In this document: positions 46,955-57,041 of the stretch, piece by piece
Numbering within the stretch: position 1 is the first letter of the stretch
How the letters are laid out: every line of letters starts with the position of its first letter
Translations under genes and position numbers: made by a program
The notes under the pieces: model-generated
Told to the model about the DNA's origin: nothing
Databases searched by the model: none
What the model saw: the letters and a program-made list of their open reading frames with translations, nothing else
DNA from: Flavobacteriales bacterium
GTDB taxonomy: Bacteria > Bacteroidota > Bacteroidia > CAIKAF01
DNA length: 64,000 bases
Reading direction: 5' to 3'
Assembly (NCBI GenBank): GCA_025451235.1
Contig: JANWKT010000034.1
Coordinates: 77,014-141,013, forward strand

Positions 46955-49900
46955 TTATTTTTTTGCTCCTGGTAACAGGCTCTTATCCTTCTTCAAGTCA
47001 ACAACGATCGGAGTTGCTATGAAAATAGAAGAGTAAGTACCAATGAGGATACCGATCAGCATCGCAAATGCAAATCCTTTGATACCATCACCTCCAAAGA
47101 GGAAACTGATGATGATCACAAAGAATACGTTCAACGACGTGTTCAGGGTTCTACCCAAGGTACTGTTCAATGCTGAATTGATCAGTTCTTTCATATTTCC
47201 CTTTTTACCCTCACCTATATATTCCCTGATACGGTCGAAGATAATTACAGTATCGTTCATCGAATACCCCATAACGGTAAGTACCGCCGCAATAATGGCC
47301 TGGTCGATCTCCAAGGAGAACGGCAGGATACCATCAAAGATGGAGAATACCGCAAGTACGACGACAACGTCATGCACCAAGGCAACCAAGGCCCCCAATC
47401 CAAACTGCCATCCCTTGAATCGGAACAACACATATAGGAATATCATGAGCAATGAGAGTACAATCGCGTAAATGGATTTGAATTTTACATCACGGGCAAC
47501 CGTTGGACCTACCTTGTAGCTTTCCACCAATCCGTAGCTGTTGTCTTTATCCACAAAATCCTTCAATGTTGGTGGTGTCTCATAAAACGGAGCACAAGCT
47601 TCATACAACATTTTTTCAATACCTTTCTCTACGGTGGTATCATTTTTATCTACCATGTATTTGGTCATGATCTTGATCCGATCGGTAGAACCATAATATT
47701 TAACCACAGGGGCCGATCCGAATTTAACTTCTAAAGCAGACGCTATATCGGAAGTAGTAAACTTACTATTGTTATCAAAAACCACCGTATACGACCTACC
47801 ACCTTTCAAGTCAATACCCAGGTTAAACCCTTTGGTAAAGAAAGAGAAGATACCTATAACCGTAATGATGGCTGAAACAATAAAGAAGATCTTTCTTTTT
47901 CCAACGAAGTTGAACTTAGGACTGCGCATGAAATTCTCGGTCAGCTTGGTAGAGAACGTAATGTTCCAGTTTCTTTTTAACTGCCATTCGAAAATAAGGC
48001 GTGTAATAAAGATGGAAGAGAAAGTAGAAGTAAGGATACCTACAAATAATACTACCGCAAAACCTTTTACCGGTCCAGCTCCAAATATCATCAGAATAAG
48101 GGTAATGATACCCAATGTAATGTTGGCATCTATAATCGCTGAATATGCTTTTTTATATCCATCTTCGATGGCGATCTTCAAACGTTTTCCATTCCGTAAC
48201 TCCTCCTTCACCCTTTCGAATATCAATACGTTGGCATCAACCGACATACCAATGGTGAGTACCAAACCGGCTATACCAGGTAAGGTTAAAGTAGCACCCC
48301 AGGCCGCCAGAGATCCAATGAGGAAGAACATGTTGGTAAATAATGCGATATCGGCTGTTATTCCTGCTTTTCCATAGAAGAAGGCAATGTAGGCCAGGAT
48401 CACTATGAAGGCAATGAGCAATGAAAAAAGACCTGCCCTGATCGCTTTCTTTCCTAAAGAAGGTCCAACAATGGCTTGCTCCACAATGGTAGCGGGTGTT
48501 GGCAATTTACCTGCTTTTAAAACAGAAGCCAGGGTTTTTGCTTCATCACTGGTAAAGTTTCCGGTAATGGTTGAAATACCTCCTTTGATCTGTCCTTCTA
48601 CTGTAGGATATGAATATACTTTATCATCGAGTACGATGGCAATTGATCTTCCACGACCTCCGCCCTGAGGGGCGTTTCTGCGGGTAATTTCAGCCCATGC
48701 TTCAGCTCCATCCCCATTCATCTTCATGGTCACCATGAAACCTCCTTTGGTAGGGTCTTGGCTTTCTTCCGCATCAATAATTACATCCCCTTCTAATGCC
48801 GGCTTACCTCTGAGTGTTCTCAGCGCTACTAACCCAAAGTCCTGTGCATTTTCGTTCAATGATTTTTTGGTCCAGAGAAGTTTGAGATCTTTTGGTAACA
48901 ATTTTACCACATCCGGCATTCTCAAATATTTATTTACCAAAGCTGTATCGCTGGATCTTGAGATACCAACCAATGGTCCTGGAGCTAAATAATCTTTTTG
49001 GTCTTCACCTGTATAGGAAACATATTGCATCCTGGCCCATAGCGGATGGAGTTTTTCCTGCTCCGCCATATTCATACCCATCATATCGGTAGAATCCCTC
49101 TTAAGTGAATCCGGCTTTAGACTATCTGCTTTAAGGCTGTCTCCGGGATTTAATGTTAGCTGAAGAGAATCTCCACCAACAGAATCTGTTTCCAATGTAT
49201 CACTACCACCCACGATATCAATTTTTGCCAGGTATTTGTCTACATTATCGAGGAATTTATATGCTTCTGCATTTTCGTATGTCTCGTAGAACTCCAATTT
49301 GGCAGTAGCCTGCAATAGCTCCTGCACACGTGTAGGATCTTTTACACCGGGAAGTTCCACCAGGATCCGGTTGGTACCTTCCAACAATTGTATATTGGGC
49401 TGGGTTACCCCAAACTGGTCAATACGGGCATTCAATACTTCGTATGTACGGAAGATCGCATCCTTGGCTTCTTTTTTCAGGATCTCGATCACTTCCTCAT
49501 TCTTCATACTTTGTTTGATGAGGCTTTGCTCTTTATGACCAAAGATGCCAGGACTGGATAATTTTCCGTTGGGTCGCAGTATCAGGAACTCCTGTACAAA
49601 CAGGTCAACATAATTTTTCTGAGTAGAACTCTGTAATTCTGTTGCTCTTACCAATGCTTGTGTGAATGCACTATCGGTACTGTTATTGGCCATTGCCTTT
49701 AACAGGTCGGGAATAGAAACCTCCAGGGTTACGTTCATCCCACCTTTCAGGTCAAGTCCCAGGTTAATTTCCCTTTTCTTACATTCATCGTAGGTGTATT
49801 TTACTATACCCAGGTTGAATACAACTTTACCTTTCATTGAATCGAGCATGGCTTGCTCCAATTGAAGGCTGTCTCCCGCCTCTGCACGTACTTTACTCTC

Positions 49901-49993
49901 TACCCTGTTTGTAACGAATGTAAAAGATAAGTGCCATATACAAGCCAGTGCAAGTAAAATTGCAAACACCTGTATCGCTCCTTTATTCTGCAT
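46955..49993 (-). CDS. secDF: Fused protein-export membrane protein SecDF
   Basis: 1012 aa. SecD periplasmic domain plus 6 TM, then SecF plus 6 TM. Conserved 'GLDLKGG' motifs occur in both halves. Confidence 0.95.
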   Translation of the reverse strand: MQNKGAIQVFAILLALACIWHLSFTFVTNRVESKVRAEAGDSLQLEQAMLDSMKGKVVFNLGIVKYTYDECKKREINLGLDLKGGMNVTLEVSIPDLLKAMANNSTDSAFTQALVRATELQSSTQKNYVDLFVQEFLILRPNGKLSSPGIFGHKEQSLIKQSMKNEEVIEILKKEAKDAIFRTYEVLNARIDQFGVTQPNIQLLEGTNRILVELPGVKDPTRVQELLQATAKLEFYETYENAEAYKFLDNVDKYLAKIDIVGGSDTLETDSVGGDSLQLTLNPGDSLKADSLKPDSLKRDSTDMMGMNMAEQEKLHPLWARMQYVSYTGEDQKDYLAPGPLVGISRSSDTALVNKYLRMPDVVKLLPKDLKLLWTKKSLNENAQDFGLVALRTLRGKPALEGDVIIDAEESQDPTKGGFMVTMKMNGDGAEAWAEITRRNAPQGGGRGRSIAIVLDDKVYSYPTVEGQIKGGISTITGNFTSDEAKTLASVLKAGKLPTPATIVEQAIVGPSLGKKAIRAGLFSLLIAFIVILAYIAFFYGKAGITADIALFTNMFFLIGSLAAWGATLTLPGIAGLVLTIGMSVDANVLIFERVKEELRNGKRLKIAIEDGYKKAYSAIIDANITLGIITLILMIFGAGPVKGFAVVLFVGILTSTFSSIFITRLIFEWQLKRNWNITFSTKLTENFMRSPKFNFVGKRKIFFIVSAIITVIGIFSFFTKGFNLGIDLKGGRSYTVVFDNNSKFTTSDIASALEVKFGSAPVVKYYGSTDRIKIMTKYMVDKNDTTVEKGIEKMLYEACAPFYETPPTLKDFVDKDNSYGLVESYKVGPTVARDVKFKSIYAIVLSLLMIFLYVLFRFKGWQFGLGALVALVHDVVVVLAVFSIFDGILPFSLEIDQAIIAAVLTVMGYSMNDTVIIFDRIREYIGEGKKGNMKELINSALNSTLGRTLNTSLNVFFVIIISFLFGGDGIKGFAFAMLIGILIGTYSSIFIATPIVVDLKKDKSLLPGAKK

Positions 49994-50050
49994 AATGCTT
50001 TACTTTTTTAACTTAAAACGTTTATAAAAAAATGAACGCAAAGATATAGG

Positions 50051-50141
50051 TTCAAACCGATATAACAAATTATGTTTGAGGTTTGAAGGGTTTGAAGTCT
50101 GAGGGGTTTGAGGCTGAAACCGTGCTTCAAACCTCATACAT
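50051..50141 (+). promoter_or_regulatory. Structured leader with five copies of GGTTTGA(A/G)G, including a 17-bp imperfect inverted repeat
   Basis: ATGTTTGAGGTTTGAAG (50072-50088) pairs with CTTCAAACCTCATACAT (50125-50141) with 1 mismatch. Further GGTTTGA(A/G)G units lie between them and at 50051 (reverse orientation). It is located in the secDF / FG-GAP divergent region. Confidence 0.4.
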
Positions 50142-50154
50142 TGCTTTTCAGCCC

Positions 50155-50275
50155 AATAGACACAATCAACCCGGCAAGGCAGAAGCCAACACGCCGGCAG
50201 GCAGGCTGCGGCCCCAGTTGGGATGGACTGCCCCTTGTGAGTAAAGCGAAGCACAGGAAAAGCCGCCCAGCATAG
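50155..50275 (-). repeat. GC-rich intergenic repeat, copy C (reverse orientation)
   Basis: Its reverse complement 'cgcagcctgcctgccggcgtgttggcttctgcc...' aligns with 'cgccctgcctgccggagcgttggtctgacc...' of copy B. Confidence 0.55.
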
Positions 50276-50332
50276 CATTTGGACGGCTTGGTATTTATAT
50301 CTATTTTTGAAGTATTGGCATTTCCCAAAAAA

Positions 50333-52534
50333 ATGAAAAAATACATACTGATTGTTGCGGCCTTGTTCTTACTTTCTATTCAAAATTTTGGGCAGGTATT
50401 CGGATTTTATAGAACCGATAGTATTACAGTAATTGATAACATATTGAGTACCAATGACACCCTAACCTTGGCCTGGTCGGGCGGATTGAGCCATTCTGAA
50501 TTTTCTTCCATTGATATTGACCTGGATGGTACCCTGGACCTATATGTTTTCGATCGGGTGGGCCATCGATTCATGGTCTTAAAAAACAACGGGATCCCCA
50601 ATACGGTAAGCTATAAAAATCATTGGGCGGATGATGCTTCCTTTCCTGGTATCGGTGAATGGGTTTTGTTAGAGGATTATGATGGGGATGGCAAAAACGA
50701 TATCTTCCATTATTGGAACGGAGGGATCAGCGTTTGGAAAAATGTTTCTGTACCAGGCACTGTTCAGTTTACGTTGACCAAATCACAGCTCTATTCTTAT
50801 TATAATCCCAATACATTGGTATTATATGTAAGCCCCGCCGATATTCCCGCCATTAGTGATATTGACTTAGATGGTGACCTGGATATTCTCACTTTTGGTT
50901 TTTCATCCGGTTGTGTTGAGTTCCATAAAAATCTATCGCAGGAAAATTATGGCAATAATGATAGTCTTGAATTTGTTTTGATCACCGATAACTGGGGGCT
51001 TTTTAGTGAAGGTGTTTCCTTATTTGATATTGGATTAGGTGATAGCTGCGATACAGGAAGGCATACTGGTTCGAATATATTGGCCATTGATATGAATGGT
51101 GACCACGATAAAGACCTGGTTTTAGGAGATGCTGGAGGAAGCAATATGGCCTACCTGAGAAATGGCGGCGATACCAGTTTTGCCCAAATAGATTTTGTTG
51201 ATCCCAATTTCCCACAAAATAACAATTCAACTCTACCCATCAACCTTACTTTATTTGCTTCGGCATTTTACCTGGATGTGAACAATGATGATAAAAAAGA
51301 TCTGCTGGTATCCAACAGTGCTCCGGGAAATGGAGAAACTTTTGAAAGTGTTTGGAGATATCGGAACATTGGAACTACAGACATTCCTGATTTTAAATTC
51401 GCTCAAAATAATTTTTTACAGGAGGAAATGATTGAATTAGGAGAAGGCTCTTATCCTGTTCTATTTGATTATAACCGCGATGGGTTAATGGACCTGGCGA
51501 TAGGCAATGTAACTTATTTTGGGTTACAAGGCCAGGTAGCTGTATTGCGTAATATTGGTAGCATATCTCAACCCGTTTATGAACTCATCAACCGGGATAT
51601 GGGAAGTGTAGGCACTCAGGCTATAAAAAATGTAGCTCCTACCTTTGGCGATATGGATGGTGACGGAGATGTGGATATGATCGTTGGTGAAACCACTGGA
51701 TATATTCATTATTATGAAAATACAGCTCCGGTTACTCCAAATTCACCTGCACAATTTAGTTTAACCTCTACCCAATATTTCTTGATAAAAGAAAATAGTT
51801 TTAGTACTCCCTTTATTATCGACCTGAACATGGATGGTAAAAATGATATTGTTTGCGGAGGTCGTTTAGGGAAGCTGAATTATTATGAAAATACGGGGAC
51901 TCCTACGGCTCCGAATTTCAGCAGTGTTCCTACCATTTCAAATTTAGGGAACGTGAATACGGTTGATCCGAATTTCAGCTCTTCAGGATATAGTATCCCC
52001 TGGTTTTTTACCCATAATGGTAAACTTGAATTATTCCTGGGAAGCTATTCAGGGAAAATTTATCATTATACGGATATATATGATGGATTAAATAATATTC
52101 AACCCATTTTTACCTGGGTAAGCGGTATTGTTGGTTATTATAAGGATGGGGTGAGAAGTGCCGTAACGGTGGGTGATCTCAACACGGATAGCTATCCCGA
52201 CCTGATCTATGGAAACCTGGGAGGAGGGGTCGACCTGCTATTTGGTGAATTTGCAGCCATTGGAATTGAAGAGGCGGGAGATCCTGATCAGGCATTTGTT
52301 ATTTATCCCAATCCCTCCTTCGACCAGGATGTTGTTTATATCAAGGCTAAAAAGGAGTTGAGCTTCCCGGTAGATATTGTGGTTTATGATGTTGCCGGCA
52401 GGGCAGTGAAATATTTGAAGGAATTTAACATCCAGCAAGGCATCAATATTCATGAGCTTTCGAACGGACTCTATATATTTGAAATGAGATATGGAAATAC
52501 TTTGGTATCAAAATTGAAGTTCATTAAACAATAA
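50333..52534 (+). CDS. Secreted FG-GAP/VCBS-repeat (integrin-alpha-like beta-propeller) protein with a T9SS C-terminal sorting domain
   Basis: At least eight Ca-binding-like D.(D/N).DG..D repeats (DIDLDGTLDLYVFD, DYDGDGKNDIF, DMDGDGDVDMIVGE...). The C-terminus 'VIYPNPSFDQDVVYI...GLYIFEMRYGN' is a T9SS CTD. The start is set at the Met at 50333, which gives a signal peptide. Confidence 0.8.
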   Translation: MKKYILIVAALFLLSIQNFGQVFGFYRTDSITVIDNILSTNDTLTLAWSGGLSHSEFSSIDIDLDGTLDLYVFDRVGHRFMVLKNNGIPNTVSYKNHWADDASFPGIGEWVLLEDYDGDGKNDIFHYWNGGISVWKNVSVPGTVQFTLTKSQLYSYYNPNTLVLYVSPADIPAISDIDLDGDLDILTFGFSSGCVEFHKNLSQENYGNNDSLEFVLITDNWGLFSEGVSLFDIGLGDSCDTGRHTGSNILAIDMNGDHDKDLVLGDAGGSNMAYLRNGGDTSFAQIDFVDPNFPQNNNSTLPINLTLFASAFYLDVNNDDKKDLLVSNSAPGNGETFESVWRYRNIGTTDIPDFKFAQNNFLQEEMIELGEGSYPVLFDYNRDGLMDLAIGNVTYFGLQGQVAVLRNIGSISQPVYELINRDMGSVGTQAIKNVAPTFGDMDGDGDVDMIVGETTGYIHYYENTAPVTPNSPAQFSLTSTQYFLIKENSFSTPFIIDLNMDGKNDIVCGGRLGKLNYYENTGTPTAPNFSSVPTISNLGNVNTVDPNFSSSGYSIPWFFTHNGKLELFLGSYSGKIYHYTDIYDGLNNIQPIFTWVSGIVGYYKDGVRSAVTVGDLNTDSYPDLIYGNLGGGVDLLFGEFAAIGIEEAGDPDQAFVIYPNPSFDQDVVYIKAKKELSFPVDIVVYDVAGRAVKYLKEFNIQQGINIHELSNGLYIFEMRYGNTLVSKLKFIKQ

Positions 52535-52560
52535 TCAAAGGCCCCTTAAACAAAAACGCC

Positions 52561-53073
52561 ATGAAGAAATATTTTCTGCTATTCTTATTGATCAGCCCAT
52601 TTGCACTCAACTCAATAACCATTGAGGCTCAAACTACCGAAGAAGATTATCCTGTTGGAAAGATCAACCGGAGTATTTTTTTCAATCATAGCAACAAAGA
52701 AACCTATGAACCGGAATATGAACGGTACGTTCCTAATACGGATGCCGTTAAATACATCAAGGCACAAAAAGGAAAATTCCAGATAAAAATGATCATGGGA
52801 TTCTGGTGCGACGATAGCAAATTATATGTCCCCAGGTTGATCAAAGCATTGGATGTAGCGAAATGGGATACGGACGACAACGAGCAATTAAAAATATTTG
52901 GTGTTGATAAAAACAAAGAAGCGGGTTTTGAAGGATATAAATCGCTGAACATAACCAAAGTGCCAACGATCATTGTTTATTATAATGACCGGGAAATAGG
53001 CCGTATTGAAGAGATCCCCAAAGTTACGGTCGAAGAAGATCTGGTAAAGATCATGAAATCCATTGAATATTAA
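52561..53073 (+). CDS. Secreted thioredoxin-fold protein
   Basis: Signal peptide. A thioredoxin-like beta-alpha-beta pattern with 'FWCDDS' in place of a canonical CxxC. Confidence 0.5.
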   Translation: MKKYFLLFLLISPFALNSITIEAQTTEEDYPVGKINRSIFFNHSNKETYEPEYERYVPNTDAVKYIKAQKGKFQIKMIMGFWCDDSKLYVPRLIKALDVAKWDTDDNEQLKIFGVDKNKEAGFEGYKSLNITKVPTIIVYYNDREIGRIEEIPKVTVEEDLVKIMKSIEY

Positions 53074-54107
53074 TGCCAGAGAAGAACCAATATCTCAATC
53101 CGAATTTTTTAAAAAAGAGTTTGTCGGAGTTAAACGTCTCCGAGCTTTTTCAAGAGATCAGAGATGGTAATATTGCTTCCTTAAGCAAAGGAATTACTTT
53201 GTTAGAAAGTGACCTGGATGATCATATTCAAAAATCCAATGAATTATTAAAGCTCTGTTTGCCTTATTCAGGCAATTCGATTAGAATTGGAATTACCGGA
53301 ATACCCGGTGCAGGAAAAAGTACATTTATCGAAGCTATTGGCCAACAAATTATCCAGGGAAAAAATAAGTTGGCTGTGCTGGCCATAGATCCAAGCAGCA
53401 GCCTGAGCAAAGGAAGTATTTTAGGTGACAAAACCCGGATGGAGGAATTGAGCAGAATGCCGGATGTATTCATCCGCCCTACTCCTACCTCGGGTAACCT
53501 GGGAGGTGTAGCCCGGGCCACCAAAGAATCCATGATCTTATGTGAAGCTGCAGGATTCAATGTGATCATGGTTGAAACAGTTGGTGTGGGTCAAAGTGAA
53601 ATTGAACTACATTATTTAACCGATATTTTTCTTCTTTTATTAATTCCTGGTGCAGGGGATGAATTGCAAGGGATCAAAAGAGGGATCATGGAGATGGCTG
53701 ATCTGATCCTGGTGAACAAAGCAGAAAAAGAGAATGCAGATGCAGCAAAAAGAGCGGTGAAACAATTGGAAAATGCCGTACATTATATGAGTCAAAATAA
53801 GTATGGCCGCTTCATCCATGTAGATGCTGTTTCCGCATTACAAGGACTCAATATTCAGGAAACCTGGGATAAAATAACCAAGGATATTTCTGCGTGGAAG
53901 GAAAATCATAGTTTCTCCGAGAAAAGAAAAGATCAGGCTGTATACTGGTTCGACCAATCGCTGCACAATGGGCTCCGGAATATTATTCACCAGCGCAACG
54001 ACTGGCAAAAGTTGTATGCCCACTTGAAAAAAGAAATTGAATCCGGAAAAACACATCCTTTTACCGCGGCGGATGAGATGCTGAACAAGATCATCAATGG
54101 TAAATAA
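53073..54107 (+). CDS. meaB: Methylmalonyl-CoA mutase-associated GTPase MeaB (ArgK family)
   Basis: P-loop GITGIPGAGKST. The family motif LAVLAIDPSS. G4 motif NKAE. Confidence 0.9.
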   Translation: MPEKNQYLNPNFLKKSLSELNVSELFQEIRDGNIASLSKGITLLESDLDDHIQKSNELLKLCLPYSGNSIRIGITGIPGAGKSTFIEAIGQQIIQGKNKLAVLAIDPSSSLSKGSILGDKTRMEELSRMPDVFIRPTPTSGNLGGVARATKESMILCEAAGFNVIMVETVGVGQSEIELHYLTDIFLLLLIPGAGDELQGIKRGIMEMADLILVNKAEKENADAAKRAVKQLENAVHYMSQNKYGRFIHVDAVSALQGLNIQETWDKITKDISAWKENHSFSEKRKDQAVYWFDQSLHNGLRNIIHQRNDWQKLYAHLKKEIESGKTHPFTAADEMLNKIINGK

Positions 54108-55101
54108 GGTTAGGGGTAGCAAAGATTCCCTTTTTATTTTTCAGGTCCTCGTCGGTAAGACATTTCAGAAAACTCACCAAAGATTTTTTTTCGGCGTCTG
54201 TTAAGCCCAACGGTTTTACCCATTCGCTTTTATTGGGATGGTTTTTACCTCCCGAATTATAAAAATCAACTACTTCCTCTAAGGTAGCCATACTACCATC
54301 GTGCATATAGGGTGCTGTGAATTCTATGTTGCGCAAGCTGGGGGTTTTAAACCTGCCGGAGTCATTTGCCATTGAATTCACCCTTGCCAGGCCCGGATCA
54401 TCATACACCTCATACAAGCCAATGTTCTGAAAAGAGAAATCAGTAAATAAATTTCCGTTATGACATTGAGAACAATTCGTTTTTTCGCTGAAAAACAAAT
54501 CCTTTCCGGTGGTTTCTTCCTTGCTTAACTTAAGCTGGTCATAACGGCTGTTGGCAGAGATCAATGTTCTTTCATAACAGGCCAACACATATACAAAATG
54601 TTTTACATCCACTTCCTCACTAAATACTTCCTTAAATTTTTTGCTGTAGAATGGATTGCTGCGTAGACGATAGATCATTTTTTTCATTTCAGTACCCATT
54701 TCCTCCGCATGTAAACCTGGAGCAAGTGCTTGTGTTTCGAGATCAAATACTTTCCCTTCTGCAAAGAAATAAGGATAATAAGCAACATTTACCAGGCTAG
54801 GAGAATTCCTTTTGCCTACATTTCCCCTCATTCCTACCGGCATCTTTCTACCATCGGTAAATGCTCGTTCGGGAATATGACAAGACGAACAGGAAATCGT
54901 AGAATCATCAGAAATGATAGGATCAAAAAAAAGCAGTTCGCCCAATTTCACTTTTTTCTCTGTCAATGGATTATCATGCGGTATGGAAGGAGTTGAAAAG
55001 CCTTGAGGAACAACCAGGTTATAGGGCCTATCTGGTTTTTTACCACAAGAAAGAATGAGTAAAAACAAAAGGCATAGCTTCAAAATAAAATCGTTCTTCA
55101 T
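54094..55101 (-). CDS. Di-haem cytochrome c peroxidase family protein (CCP/MauG/MbnH-like)
   Basis: Signal peptide. Two CxxCH haem-binding motifs (CSSCHIP and CSQCHNG). A conserved Trp/Met-rich C-terminal domain. Confidence 0.85.
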   Translation of the reverse strand: MKNDFILKLCLLFLLILSCGKKPDRPYNLVVPQGFSTPSIPHDNPLTEKKVKLGELLFFDPIISDDSTISCSSCHIPERAFTDGRKMPVGMRGNVGKRNSPSLVNVAYYPYFFAEGKVFDLETQALAPGLHAEEMGTEMKKMIYRLRSNPFYSKKFKEVFSEEVDVKHFVYVLACYERTLISANSRYDQLKLSKEETTGKDLFFSEKTNCSQCHNGNLFTDFSFQNIGLYEVYDDPGLARVNSMANDSGRFKTPSLRNIEFTAPYMHDGSMATLEEVVDFYNSGGKNHPNKSEWVKPLGLTDAEKKSLVSFLKCLTDEDLKNKKGIFATPNLIYH

Positions 55102-55174
55102 CTCAACAAATTATTTTGCTGGCATTTAAAAGTAAAATGGGGTTTGTTGGTAATCTGAGTTAGGTATTTTTTAA

Positions 55175-55924
55175 TCATTCATAGAAATTGCCGAACACCA
55201 GGTTCGCATTATCCTGAATAGCTACCATATCATGGTAATCCGAAGAATTCGTATCCAAAGGATGGGCAAACGGATTAGCTGCCAGGTCATATAAATCGAA
55301 GAACCTGAGTACATCCATATCCACCTGGATGGTTTTGGGAGCATCATTCATGGTAAAAATATAGGTACGGCTTATAAATCTATAGGCTTCATCCACACCC
55401 GTATGAATACTAAAGGTTTCTCCCGGATCATTAAAATCAGTATCATCATTCAAGTCTTGCCTGCCTTCTAGCTTCATCCAGATATAACCAGGATTCCAGC
55501 TCCAATACATATTATTGGAAGCACTTAATGGATGATCTACACTATAACTAAATGCCTGTATGGCTTTAGATCCGTTTTGTGTATTCCTGCTTGAGTCAAC
55601 CCCAAATCCAAAAGCTACTCCATCAATGGTCCTTTTGCCAATATCACCTACCTCAAAAATATTGTTACCTCCCGCTTCTCCTAAAAAATAGGCATCATTG
55701 AAAGCGATCACATCTGCTCCGGAAGTAAATACAGGTTGACTGATATAGAACCTAAAAGAAGTAAACTGAATGGTAGTTGTATCCAATAAATAATTGGTAT
55801 TATATTGTAGCGGAGTAGTTCCGGCATTTACATTGAACTTGATGGATAATATATTGTTACCTGGTTCGTTTTCGCAGGAAAAAAGGAATAAAGCAAACAG
55901 AGAAAAGAGTAAATACTTTTTCAT
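55175..55924 (-). CDS. Periplasmic protein, putatively MbnP-family (partner of MbnH-type di-haem peroxidases)
   Basis: Lipobox/signal (LFSCEN). ~250 aa and beta-rich. It lies immediately upstream of the di-haem peroxidase gene on the same strand. The family assignment rests on gene context and size and was not computed. Confidence 0.4.
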   Translation of the reverse strand: MKKYLLFSLFALFLFSCENEPGNNILSIKFNVNAGTTPLQYNTNYLLDTTTIQFTSFRFYISQPVFTSGADVIAFNDAYFLGEAGGNNIFEVGDIGKRTIDGVAFGFGVDSSRNTQNGSKAIQAFSYSVDHPLSASNNMYWSWNPGYIWMKLEGRQDLNDDTDFNDPGETFSIHTGVDEAYRFISRTYIFTMNDAPKTIQVDMDVLRFFDLYDLAANPFAHPLDTNSSDYHDMVAIQDNANLVFGNFYE

Positions 55925-55949
55925 ACCAACTATGTTTATCCAAATATAA

Positions 55950-57041
55950 TCAAAATAAATCTAATTGACCGTTTCCCGGGCGTTTAAACAGGGATAAATC
56001 ATAAGCCGGGATGTTTTTTCCATGGAAATATTTCTTTTTTGCAAGTACAAACATATTATTCAGGCTTTCAACAAACTTTCCTTCACCTCTCATCCTGGTT
56101 CCAAAACGACTGTCATTCAGTTTGCCCCCATGCGCCTGTTTTATCTGGCTCAGTACCCGATCTGCTTTATCCGGTAAAGCTTGCCGGATCCAATTCTCAA
56201 ACACCTCTCCTATTTTACCATTTAACCGAACAACGGTATAAGCAGCATCCAGGGCACCATGATCTGCTGATGCTTTTAAGATCGCCGGTAATTCATTGCT
56301 ATTGATAAAAGGGATCATGGGAGCCGCCATTACCCTTACCGGGATATTATGTTTCGATAAAACTTCCATGGTTTCTAATCTTCTTTTCAACGTGGCGGTT
56401 CTTGGTTCAAGCAATAACCTGGTTTCTTCTTTCAGAGAGGTCAAAGAAATATTTACATGGGCCAGGTTCAATTTAGCCATCTCCTGCAAAATATCCACAT
56501 CTCTTTGGATCAATGCATTTTTAGTGATCAAGCCAACGGGGTGTTTATATTCTAACAGAATTTCAAGGATCTGCCGGGTGATCTTGTATTTTTTTTCGGC
56601 CGGCTGGTAACAATCCGTATTACCTGAGAGCATAATTACATCCACTTTCCAATTCTTATTGTTCAATTGTTTCCTCAATACCTGGGCAGCATTTTCTTTT
56701 ACGATGATCTTTGATTCAAAATCGATCCCTGCATTATAGCCATAATACTCATGGGTATTACGGGCATAGCAATAAATGCATCCATGCTCGCAGCCCTGGT
56801 ATGGGTTCATGGAATACATAAGACCAATATCAGGACTATCCACTTTATTGATCATTTTTTTAGGATGCTCGATCAGGTACATGGTTTTGGCATCAATGGC
56901 CCATGCCTCATCCAAACCTTCGCTATGGTCTGTTACATATTCCTGTTTTAGGAACTGGTTCTTGGTGTGGATCTGTGCCCCTCTTCCTTTTATAAACTCA
57001 TGATGCTTTAGGCTCATATAGTACGATAAATAAGTTGTCAA
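55950..57041 (-). CDS. Radical SAM protein (PA0069 / SplB-like DNA-repair photolyase family)
   Basis: The CxxxCxxC cluster 'CEHGCIYC' follows MNPYQG, which is the typical family N-terminus. Confidence 0.85.
   Translation of the reverse strand: MTTYLSYYMSLKHHEFIKGRGAQIHTKNQFLKQEYVTDHSEGLDEAWAIDAKTMYLIEHPKKMINKVDSPDIGLMYSMNPYQGCEHGCIYCYARNTHEYYGYNAGIDFESKIIVKENAAQVLRKQLNNKNWKVDVIMLSGNTDCYQPAEKKYKITRQILEILLEYKHPVGLITKNALIQRDVDILQEMAKLNLAHVNISLTSLKEETRLLLEPRTATLKRRLETMEVLSKHNIPVRVMAAPMIPFINSNELPAILKASADHGALDAAYTVVRLNGKIGEVFENWIRQALPDKADRVLSQIKQAHGGKLNDSRFGTRMRGEGKFVESLNNMFVLAKKKYFHGKNIPAYDLSLFKRPGNGQLDLF

Noticed and set aside
47043-49538. Multiple plus-strand ORFs (66-202 aa) inside secDF
   Set aside because: They are antisense to a well-supported 1012-aa SecDF CDS.
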